NCBI GenBank assembly: GCA_054600435.1
Contig: BAAIJX010000049.1
Location: 1 to 64,000 of the forward strand
Reading direction: 5' to 3'
DNA: 64,000 nt
Source: Neophaeotheca triangularis
Taxonomy: Eukaryota
In this document: positions 49,479-60,520 of the stretch, one piece after another
Layout: each line of letters begins with the position of its first letter
How positions within the stretch are numbered: the stretch's first letter is position 1
Notes under the pieces: model-generated
Told to the model about the DNA's origin: nothing
The model's database searches: none
Seen by the model: the letters and a program-made list of their open reading frames with translations, nothing else
Translations under genes and position numbers: made by a program

Positions 49479-49715
49479 CTTAGATCAAAAGTCCACACCA
49501 AAAGCTTATCAGTTTCGGCTAATAGAGCTTCCAGCTGTTGCCATGAGACTAACGTACCGACTCTCTGCACTGAATGATATAACTCCGTTGCCTACCAATT
49601 TACTAGCAAACATGAAAGTCATGGCAACATACATCTTCCTAGCGCTATCCCTAGCTACACCGAACCTTCCTACCCAACCCTCTTATCGTTGGACAACAAA
49701 CCAACTCAACCAACT

Positions 49716-50093
49716 CTACTTGCCCCTCGAACGCCCTTTGGACGGCGACTTGCTCCACTTCTCCCTCGCCACTTTGAGCAGATACAACCCCACTGGTTTT
49801 ATGAACGGACGTACGAACGAAAAGGCCTGTTGCGCTTGCTCGCGGGTGAAGAACGGGGGTTTCTTTGAGCGATGCTTTTGTCCCTGGCGTCGGCGACTTT
49901 GCCGGTTTTGCTGGTTTCGGTGGCTGTGGCGGGCTTGACTCGGGGTTCTGTGATGATGAGAGGCGCGGTGGGAGGTATGGTGGTGGGGGTTACGATTGCC
50001 GTGATGAAAACGAGGGGCCCGCCGCCTGTGGTATGAGTAGCTCGAGGAGCTGGAGAAGCTGGATCTGGAGCGACTTCTGGAGTGGGCCGGCAT
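49716..50093 (-). CDS. Small basic Arg/Ser/His-rich hypothetical protein (125 aa)
   Basis: ATG ORF with a low-complexity basic N-half and a short amphipathic C-terminal segment. No homology recognised. Confidence 0.5.
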   Translation of the reverse strand: MPAHSRSRSRSSFSSSSSYSYHRRRAPRFHHGNRNPHHHTSHRASHHHRTPSQARHSHRNQQNRQSRRRQGQKHRSKKPPFFTREQAQQAFSFVRPFIKPVGLYLLKVAREKWSKSPSKGRSRGK

Positions 50094-50465
50094 GGTTGAG
50101 ATGTTGAGTGGAATAATTCGGAAATGGGGAGATGGAAATTCTCGGCTGCGGGCAAGGAGATTTAGAAGTGCTTAGGGAAATACGGGAAGGCCGTGGCCTG
50201 GATATAGAAGAAGAAGAAGATGGTCTAGTAATTCAGGATCAAAAGTGACTTCTAGGCCAATGATGGGACAAGCGATCGCAATGAATACAACGCTATCCTT
50301 GATCTCTAAATCCAGTCACCTAACTGAAAGACCAAAGCCACCCATTCTCCAGCAGGCCGTACTGTCAATCAAACCGTCCTGAAAAACATTCGTCAGCAAA
50401 CAAATCCCCACCCATGAGCAACACCAAAAACCGCAAACAGCCCGGCCAAACCCCAGCACCAGTAA

Positions 50466-51095
50466 CTACTTCCCACCGCCCTGCTTCTGGCAAACCCAGC
50501 CCACCCACTCCCTCGGCAGCTCCGTCTGCGCAATGTCCGCGAAACCCGGAAATGTCACTGGACCCGCTGGCTCGCCATCGCAGCTAAACTCCCTGCAAAG
50601 AAAAATCAGCAACCAAGCTGCACCCTCTCACCAGCCCCGGCGAACCGCTCGAAACTTACGTGTAAACCAAACACTCGAGCCCATGATCCGGCCCAGCAGA
50701 ACCCACGGCAATCCTCCCACCTTCAGGCACCGTGACTAAACAACACCCGCCCGTTAGCTTCCCACAACCTCCTCACCATCTCGAAGGCAAGTTGGTGGGC
50801 ACTTACCGCACGCCCCCAGCGGCACTTCGTAATTGACGCATCGCCCGCGCCACTGGTCGTAAGGGCACATGTAGAAGCGACCCTTTGCTTCTTCTTCTTG
50901 TTCTTTTTCCCGGGCGGTGGTGTCGTGGACGATGGGTTTGAGGGTCGTTGCCGCGGTAGTTTCGGGGTCGAAAGCTATGCCCGGGATTGGGACGAGTTGT
51001 TTTGGCGGGGCGAATGGGAGGGTGGTGGTCGATGGTGTTTGGAGGGTTTGGAGGGCGGCGGGGAGGGTGGCGGTTAGGGTTGAGAAGAGATGCAT
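50466..51095 (-). CDS. Small Cys-rich, probably secreted protein (163 aa, beta/gamma-crystallin-like pattern); exons 51095-50807, 50735-50660, 50592-50466
   Basis: Two GTAAGT...YAG introns join in frame to give FYMCPYDQWRGRCVNYEVPLGACVTVPEGGRIAVGSAGPDHGLECLVYTEFSCDGEPAGPVTFPGFADIAQTELPREWVGWVC (6 Cys). Confidence 0.75.
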
Positions 51096-51618
51096 TGCGA
51101 GGGTCGGTTAGGGGTTGGAAGTGTTGGTTTGGAGAGGGGTGTTTGTTGTTGATTAGTTAGAGGGGGATGGGATGGGATGGGATGGGATGTGATGGGATGG
51201 GATGGAGAAGTGATGGAGAAGTGATGGGCTCGCTGATGCCTGCGAGATGTGATGACGTTTAAGTCGGAGGCACAGTTGACGATATAATGAGCCTGTCAAA
51301 GGACCGTTTAGTTGTATCGGATGGGTCGTAGATCTGGTCAATGGATCGCATTCCATTTGTTTGCCTCCTTGAATGGACAAAAGACTACAATGATCGAACA
51401 TCCTCCGTAACGGGAAACGTCGTTCTGCGGCTAGCCAAGACTATTCAGGACTTTTGAAAAGTGTACATGAGTGTAGTCCTGTAATGAGATTGTTGTTTGA
51501 CCCAGCATTGAAGACAAAAAGTGAAACCGTTGTTGTAGCATCGTCGAACGCGTATCACCACTACGTTCCCACTATAAAACCCAAAACTAAGCAGACTTCT
51601 AGCAAAACCGTTCCGCAA

Positions 51619-51768
51619 TGTTGTAATGAGCCGTACTGCGCAGCACGTGACAGATACCTAAGGCATTAGCCGGAAGCCGCAACCTGTCTTTACAGGCTTT
51701 GCTGTAAAGCACCTAGTTTAGTCCTTAGTAATCAATTAATTGAGTTTGTGCCGCTATATATTACAATA
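51619..51768 (+). repeat. 5' LTR (150 bp) of the Copia element
   Basis: Terminal inverted repeat TGTTGTAAT...ATTACAA(T)A, followed immediately by the PBS-like GGTTATAAGCC. Confidence 0.75.
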
Positions 51769-54299
51769 GGTTATAAGCCTAGCACATTAATCTATATAAG
51801 CGAGCACGAAACTAGCTAATTACAATTCCTAGGATAATTATCCCTAGTTAAATAAAATAGACATAAACAATAAGGGAGCTAAGGACAATAAAATCCTTAA
51901 GAAGAATACAACCTTTAGTATCTAAGAGGCTATCCTAAAGAGTAAGCTACTTAATAAGGACTATCTTAACTATATATTTCATAACCTTAAATAGCTACTA
52001 AGGGTAGTCTAACTAGCATTATCTATAACGGAAGCTATAGTTAAGTTCTATAAGAAAGATATACTTATATATAGCATTATTATAGAAAGGCTATTAGACG
52101 AATATAGGCCTAACTATAGTATATTATATAAGATAGCTTATAAGCTATTTAAGCATATTAAATCTATCTACTAGCCTAATATTATAATTACCCTCTATAA
52201 GGCTATCTCTAACCTCTATAGTATTAAGCTATAAGGAATAAATACCCTAAAGTATTACTAGGAGTTTATAGTAGCCTATTAGACCTTTAAGAGAGCTATT
52301 AACTAATAGATAGCTCTAAGGAACTAGATAAATATAAGAAGTATTAGTCTCTTAGATAACTATATTAAGATCCTCTTTAAAGGGAGAACTCTAAATATAG
52401 AGTAGCTTAGGACTTAGAGATATAATAACCTCCCTTAAAGTAGGAAATACTTAGAGGATATAATTACTAGCCTTAGGTCTAAGGCCCTACCTCCCCTATC
52501 TTAGTAATAGAGAAGGATATAGGGGTTTATAGGTATAGTAAAAGATGATATCTATACCTAATGTAATTACTACTAATATACTAATGCTAAATGCTTTAAG
52601 TAGTACCTAGAGTAGGTATCTAAATAGTATAAGAAAGGTAAGGATAGTAAGAAGGATAGGTAGGAGAAGAAGAAGGATATAGGGAAGAATAAGAACACTA
52701 AGTCTACTAAGAAGAAGGGGAGAAAAGCTACTATAGCTATTAATAATAGTAATAATAATAATACTAAGTTAATCTTAGCCCTATCTTTAGGAAGTATATT
52801 AAGTATTACTCTATCTCTCTCTATAGTACTATAAGCTATAGTACTAGAAATCACTATTATCTTAGACTCTAGATTATCCTTCTCTTTCTTTAATAAGCTT
52901 AAGCACTTTTAGGATATTAAGCCCCTTAAGAAGCTAATTACCTTTAGCTAGGCTATTAGATAAGTATCTATTACCTACTCTAGAATAGTTAAGCTCTCCC
53001 TTAGATATAATAATAAGATCTTTAGTATTACCCTAAAGAATATCCTATACTCCTTAGGATCCTCTACTAACCTAATTTATATAGATATACTATACTAGAA
53101 GTATAGGATTACTCTAGATAAATATACTAATAAGCTAAGGTTTAATAAAAGCACTATTAGGATAGTAAAGCAAGTTTATAAGGTAGATATTATATAGGAT
53201 ATTAAAATCCTTCTACTACCTTAATAATAAAGCCTACTATTAATAGTAGTAGCTATACTAAGATTACTAGTAGTACTAGTAGTATTAGGGCTAAGGGTAG
53301 ACATAACTAGATAGTACTAAAGATTAGGCTATATTAGTAGTAGCATTCTTAACGCTACTAAACAATATATAACTAGGCTTAAAGTAGTAGATACTATAGC
53401 CCTAAGCTACTATAAGGTCTATAAACTCTTAAAGTCTTAAAAGGTTATCTTAAGAATCCTAAGAGTAAGGGCTAGTTAAGCCTTAGATAAGATATATATT
53501 AATATAGTTAGCCCTATTATACTAACCTCTAGTATTAGTCTAAGGTACATTATCTTCCTAACAGATTCTAAAACTAGGTTTAGGTAGCCTCTCTTTATAA
53601 GAAATAAAAGTAAGGTACTATCGCTTATTAGGAATTTTATAGTAAGAACTATAAATGCCTATAATAAGGTACTAAAGATATAGTTCTCTAATAGTAGCAG
53701 GAAGTTTATTAACTATAATTTAATTACTATAGTATAGTAGATAGGGATAAGATAGGATATCTTAAGCCTAAAGACTCCTAAATAGAATAGCCTTATAGAG
53801 TTATCTAATAAAACTATCCTAGCTAAGGCTAGGGTAATAATAATTAACTCTAGTATTCTTAGAGATCTCTAGCCCCTAGCTATAAACTATATAACCTATA
53901 TTACTAATATAGTCTATAACCTTAAGACTAAGAAGATCCCCCTATAAAACCTTAAAGAGGATTTAGGGGTATCTAAGGACTTAACTATTAACCTCTCTAA
54001 CCTTAGAAGATTTAGTTATAAGGTATTCCTATATAACTAAAATAGGATTACCTTAGAAAAGTTTACCCTAAGAGCTACTATCTACTAGTTTATAGGATTC
54101 TAAGATAACTCTACTACTAATTATCTCTTAATAATACTAACTAGATAGGGCCTATCTAGCATTATTTAGAGCCTATATATAACCTTTAATAAGGATACCT
54201 ACTTTAGGCCTATTTAGGCTCCTATAGTTTAGGGAGAGTAGTTAGCCCTTTATATCCTAGGGCTTTAGGAGAACTCTATTAGCCTATAATAGGAGTAGT

Positions 54300-54590
54300 A
54301 ATAATAATAAGCCTCTCCTAAGGGAGAGTACTATTACTAGTAAGTCTCCCCTAAAGAGTAGGGAGAGTACTATTACTAGTAAGTCTCCCCTAAAGAGTAG
54401 GGAGAGTACTAACCTTCTCCTAAGGGAGATTTCTAGTAAGCCTCTCTTAAGGGAGAGTAATAGTAAGCCTCTCCTATAGAATAGGGAGAGTAAGAAGCCT
54501 CTCCTATAGAATAGGGAGAGTAAGAAGCCTCTTCTCCTATAGAATAGGGAGAGTACTAAGAAGTCTCCCCTATAAACTAGAGAGAGTAAT
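54300..54590 (+). repeat. Tandem 30-39-bp repeats in the Copia IN-RT linker
   Basis: GAGAGTACTATTACTAGTAAGTCTCCCCTAAAGAGTAGG twice, then AGTAAGAAGCCTCTCCTATAGAATAGGGAG about three times. Confidence 0.85.
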
Positions 54591-55303
54591 AGTAGCCCTT
54601 AGTTAACTAAATAGAGGAAGATTAGGGAGACACCTTAATAATACTATTCTTCCCTTAACTAACTACTAGTAAGAGGAAAAGATTACTATCCCTCTAGCCC
54701 TTAATATATATAAGGGTAGGTAGGCCTACTATAAAACTATAAAATTATAGGTAGTTATATATAGGAGCTATAACCTAGGCTACTAATAATCCTAAGGACT
54801 ATTACGATATATTTAGTAGAAAGGATATAAGCTAGTAGAAGGCTATAATAATTAAGGAGATTAAAAGCCTTAAATCTACTAGTACAATTACTTAGATTAA
54901 GTAATTAGAGCTACTACCTAGTAGAAGAGCACTTATAAGGAAGTAGGTATTTAAGCTAAAGCTTCTCCTAGATAGCTCTATTAATAAGTATAAGGCTAGA
55001 TAGATAGTAAGGGGATTCTTATAGAAACAAGTGTTATAACCGTAGCGCTAGTAGGACATTAGTAGCCTAAGCTATAGAGTAGCTCGGTAGTACTAAGCGT
55101 ACATACTACGAAAGTATATAAGATAGCTAATAGTAAAGTCTCCTATCTACTATCGAATAGTTTCTATATTAAAGGACTATCACTATTATTACTATTATTA
55201 TGTTCCGCCCTCGCTATACTATAATCCTAACCGAGTTATAGTCTCGGTCTTATAATTCTATTCGATCTTAGAACCTTTTCAGGTTAAGATTCGCTTAGAC
55301 ATT

Positions 55304-56461
55304 ATAGTACTATCGCGCTCGCTACGCCCTTAGGTCGACAATACTAACCTAGCGGACTCCCCTAACACTATTACTAGAGTTAACACCCTATAAGAATAAG
55401 AAGAGGCAGCGACGGACTAATACACGGTTCTTACTACCGCTATTACGGAACTCCGATAACAATTAGTAGAGCGTATAGCGCCTATCTAGCGAGCTACTAA
55501 TAGAGCGATAGTCCCCTATAACGAGTCTAAAAGAGGACATATTGAACTAGAGGACCTAGCGGACATTACCCCTACCCTAGTAACATATAAGTAGATAGTA
55601 GACGAAGATCTACCTACTAGCGTAACGATAAAGGAGCGAAAGTCTTATATCGATATTGAGAAAGCTTTTCGCTTAGCCGAACTAATAGTTTATAGGAGTT
55701 ACCCTAACCTCCTAAAAGTATAGACGTTTATCTAGTAATATAAGCGTATGTTTAAAACGTACCCTTATGTTTACTTTTACTAGTACGAGTATATCTAGTA
55801 CGCTACAGGCCGTCTATATAGCCGTATCGGCTAGAACTAGGAGAGTAAAGAATTATGACTTAAACGCGAAGAGATAAAATAGCCTATGTTTAAAGAATAG
55901 CTACTAGATTAGATCCTCGACCCTAAAAACTACGCTATAAACATAGTATTCCGAGGCTTTAGACATATTTAGGGAGCGACCTAATCTATTCATAACTACC
56001 TCTCGTATATCGAAGACTCCCTCTACGAGGCCGACGTCGCTCTACTACTAGAGTACACGCTCCTAACCCTCGTTAAGATAGGTCTATAGGAAAATCTTAA
56101 GGCTAAGCTAAATGCCTAGCTAATAGTGCTAGACAACCGGTATAACCTCGTCGCGCTCTATATATACCTCGACGATTCGAGCTGTAGTAGCTAGGACGCT
56201 AGAGGCGAGATAGCAGATAAGCTATATAAGACTAACTTAAAAGGTTCTAGCTATAAGAAAAGAGAACAAAACTAGAGCATAAGCGATAACAACTCTAAAC
56301 CGCGCTACTAGCGTACTAATAGGACACTAGCGACTAGTATAAACCGTATAGGTACGACTAATAGTAGCGAACAAAACAATAAAGCCCTCGAAGAAAACCT
56401 CTGTTTTAAGTATAGTAATAAAGGCTACTAGCAAGAAAATTGCCGAAAGGGAAAAGCTTAG
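55304..56461 (+). pseudogene. Gypsy gag relic with CCHC zinc knuckle
   Basis: Largely one frame with RIP stops. LCFK(C)(G)NKG(H)xQENC at 56399-56443. The start ATA at 55304 is inferred to be a RIPed ATG. Confidence 0.8.
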
Positions 56462-59400
56462 CCCTAGGTCATTTAATTATTAGCCTTAAAGGCTTAGGGC
56501 AGTAAGTACGCAGTATATTAATAGAGCGTCTATAGGCGGTCGTAAAGATATACGATCGTACTCGCGACGGGCTACGCTTCGAGACCTATAGGCTTATTAA
56601 CATAGGAGCGTATTATAACGTTATCTTAGAAGACATCGCGGTCTAGTATAACCTACCGATAAAGGGTAACCGGATTTGTAGGCTACGAGCCTTCGGCGAT
56701 GTCGAAGCCCTAATAGTAGGCCGATATTAACTCTATACTAAAGTCGCTAATTTAGACAGTATAGTCTAAACTATCCTATAGATATTCGAAGTAGTAAACT
56801 AGAAGGATTACGAAATAATTCTTAGAATACCTTAGATCCAATCTGCGAAAGCATAGCTTAATTTCGCGTCGCTACTAGTGTAATAGCGCTATAGCGGTAT
56901 ATACAATAAAGAAGAAGTCGAAATCATCGAGGCCGAAGAACTAGCCCGAGATATTAACGGTAGAGTATCTATCCTTACTATTAGCGTAGAAGACCTATAT
57001 AGGACCCCGGTAGAGCTACGGGTACCTAAGTAGTTAGTAGAGTATGCTAAGGTGTTTAAATTAGAGAAGGCGAAAGAGTTACCTCTATATACGCTTTATA
57101 ACTACTATGTTAAACTAGTCGAGGGAAAAAACCCTCCTAGTAGACCGATCTATCTATGTTCCGAGCTAGAGCTCGAGGAAATGTAGTTATAGATTAATAA
57201 CCTACTCGTAACAGACCGTATTAAGCCTAGTACTAGCCCTACTAGTATACCGTTACTATTCGTTAAGAAGAAAAACGGCAAACTTTATATATATGTCGAT
57301 TACCGAGGCTTAAACGAAATTACTATTAAGAACAAGTATCCTTTACTACTTATTAGTAAACTCTTAGATAGAGTCTACAGATTAACATAGTTTTCGAAAA
57401 TCGATTTAGTTAAGGTATACTACTGTTTATGTATCGCCTAGGGCGACGAGTAGAAGATAGCGTTCTACTATTAGTATAGCTATTTCTAATGTAAGGTTAT
57501 ACCTTTTAGACTCGCTAATGTACTAGCGTTATTTCAGGCCTTTATTAATAAGGTGCTTATAGAGCTAGTTAACTACTACTATATAGTATATATAGATAAC
57601 GTTCTTATCTATTCCCATACTAAAGTAGAACACCGCGAACACGTTCGAGCGGTCTACCGTTAGCTCGCTAACGCTAAGCTATATACTAGTCTCGAGAAAT
57701 GCGAGTTTATAGTCTAAGAGATTAGATTCCTTAGTTTTGTTATTAACTCTACTAGAGTAGCGATAGAGCCCCTATAGGTAGCTATAGTATAAGATTAGCT
57801 AATACTAAAGTCCTTAAAAGAACTCTAAGTGTTCCTAGGATTCGCAAATTTCTATCGTCGCTTTATCGAGGGATATATAAAGATTACCGCTCCCCTTACG
57901 GACCGCCTATAGTATAGCGGCAGTAAATTGTAGCTACTAGGTAAAGATGCCTAAACATCCTTCGAAAGGTTAAAGTATAGCTTCATTTTAGTACTAGTGC
58001 TATAGCACTTTAACGCTACGCTAGAGACCCGCCTTAACACCGATACATTAGGATATATATTAGGAGGCATACTCGCGTAGAAGTACTTAGACACGCTATA
58101 GCATCTAGTCGTATACTACTCTAAGAAGCTTAAAGGGCTAGAGTTACGATATCTAGTATATAATTAGGAACTACTCGCTATCGTCGAGACGACACGCTAA
58201 TAGCGGCACTATATATTGTTAGCTAAGAGTAAAGTTTAGGTACTTATAGACTATAACAATCTAAAGTACTTCCTATTAATAAAGAAATTGTTAGGCCGCT
58301 AAGCGCGCGCTACGGAAGAGTTATCGTAATACGACATCGAGATTACATACTATAAAGGTAAATTAAACCCTAGAGTAGATAGGCTATCGCGCTATCCTAA
58401 TATAGAGGCTAATAGAGAATTAAGTAGGGCGGAAATGCTACCTATATTAACTAGGCTTTTCGCTCCCCTAGTAGGCTACTATAAGGCCGCCAAAGTTCTA
58501 GCGAGTAGCTACACGATAGCTGCCGAAGATAGAGTAGAGATCCTATCTATATCGCTAGGGTACATAATGCTAGTAAACTACTAGGCGTTAGCTGCCTCGC
58601 TAGTAGTCTACACGATAGCTACTAGAGATACTAGTCCTCTAAACAATAAGCTTTAGAGTAATAATACTATATACACTAAGCGAACGCTCTAAGGGGGAGG
58701 TAAACTAAACCTAACTAGCTCCGTCGCTATAGTAGCGCTAGCCTATTATAACCCTATAGGTAAGTAGCTAGGTATTCTTACTATTACTAAGCTAGACATT
58801 AGAGAACCTAACGTAGCGGTAGACCGAATTAACCTTAGAGCGGATATGTTATATATATAGTAGGGAGACCCCTCTACTAAACGTATTCATAAAGAGATCG
58901 ACGAGGGATAGTACTATAGAGACGCTAACGGCGCTACGCCTATGTAGTCGGTTAGGTTTATAGGACTTCTTAAGATTAATAAAAAGGTATATATACCGCT
59001 AGTAGAAAGCCTACGGGCCGCCGTGCTAAGCTACTACTACGAGGACCTATTAGTAGGACACCTAAGAGTAGGGAAGACTAAAGCCGTTTTCTATAAGGAG
59101 TTTTAGTAGCCTAAGTAGACTAAGGATGTTAAAGAGTATGTCCTTAGGTATAATACCTACTAAAGACACAAGTCGCGCTACTACTAGCCCTACGGCGCAT
59201 TATAATCGCTAAGGGTTCTAGGTACTAATAAGATCTTTAAGCATTAGTCTATAGACATAGTGGTTAAGTTGCCTATCGTAGAGACATATAAGGGTAAAAC
59301 AGTCGATTCTGTATTAGTTATTATTAACCGCTTCTTAAAGTTCGTAAGGTATATCCCTATTAGTAAAACAATAGGGGCCCGCTAACTAGCTAATATTTTT

Positions 59401-60357
59401 GAGCACGAAATTCTTACTAAGTTCGGTAAGCTAAAATCGATTGTAACTAATAGAGGCAGTATATTTACCTCCGCGTTTTAGATAGAGCTCCTTTAGTATT
59501 AGAAAACCGAGCGTAAGTTATCGACAGCATACTACCCTTAGTCTAACGGGTAGATAGAGAGGTAAAACTAGATAATAGAATAATATCTACGATGTTTTAT
59601 TAACTTTACACAAATAGATTAGCCTTATTACCTCATATAGGCTAAATTCGCCTATAATAATAGCATAAGCACATCGACTAAAGTGTCGCCGTTCTTTACC
59701 GTCTATAGGGCGGAGCCCTAACGGCCTAGTAGCGTTACGGATAACGCCGTCGGAGAGGGAGGTAGCAAACTGACAATCCCTAACCTCTAAGAAAGAACTA
59801 AAAACTAGAAAGCAATTCGCGAAGTCGTCGAGGAGAACATTCAGCACGCTATTAGCAAGTAGGTAGAATACTATAACCGAAAACACGATCCTATAGTATT
59901 TAGTGTCGACGATAAGGTTCTTATTTCCGCGAAAAACCTAAAAACGTTAAGACTAACTAAAAAGTACTCCTCGCGGTATATAGGGCCCTTCCGAATCATA
60001 GTAAGGGTTAGAAAACAAGTATACCGATTAGCCCTACCTCTATACCTTAGAAAGATCTATAACGTCTTCTACATCTCCCTCCTCGAACTATACTACTAAC
60101 GCGCCGACTTCATACTACTAGTAGAGCGAGAAGTCGATAGAGGGGTGCTATAATAGGTTATCGACGAAATAACGGTATCTAGTCTCGACAATAACGGTAA
60201 TAAGATGTACTATATTCTTTAGAGAGATTAGCTAATAGAAGAGGGTACCTAGGAGAAAGAGAAGCATCTAAACAACGCGAAAGAAGCGATCGTAGACTTC
60301 GAGTAATACTAGTAGACCTATAGCGGCATGAAAAAGAAGCGTAGAAAGAAAACATAA
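56449..60357 (+). pseudogene. Gypsy pol relic (PR-RT-RNaseH-IN-chromodomain)
   Basis: De-RIPed motifs: LIDTGA about 56593; [17 protein letters not shown] about 57295; YxDDVLIYS about 57590; TDASG about 58040; HHCC integrase; TDRG; STAYHPQSDGQTER; GPFRI; IHNVFHISLLE; chromodomain YxILWRDWPxEEGTWEKEKHLDNAKEAI about 60150-60300. Confidence 0.93.
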
Positions 60358-60520
60358 AGCCTAAAGAAAAAGAATGTTGAAAATACACAACTAGGAAAAA
60401 AGAAGAAAACTATAGGAAAAGGACGTAGTACATAAGCTTCTTAATTAATAGCTACTACGGACGGGCTAGCGATAGGACAACGGCGCTCGTAAAGAGTACG
60501 TAAATGATTAAACATAACGA

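Larger units (their letters stand above)
51619..55031 (+). mobile_element. Ty1/Copia LTR retrotransposon, heavily RIP-mutated; 5' part only (gag, PR, IN, start of RT)
   Basis: De-RIPed motifs in Copia order: zinc knuckle about 52550-52600; protease ILDS(G) at 52860; WHQRLGH at 53310; integrase IHIDIVGPI, SDGGREF and TPEQNG at 53490-53810; RT KWVFKLK...DGSIDKYKARWVVRGFLQKQ ending at 55031. Confidence 0.92.

Noticed and set aside
52573..52854. Hydrophobic minus-strand ORF in the repeat block (also 59587-59886 and 60179-60388)
   Set aside because: Chance antisense frames in AT-rich RIPed retroelement sequence.
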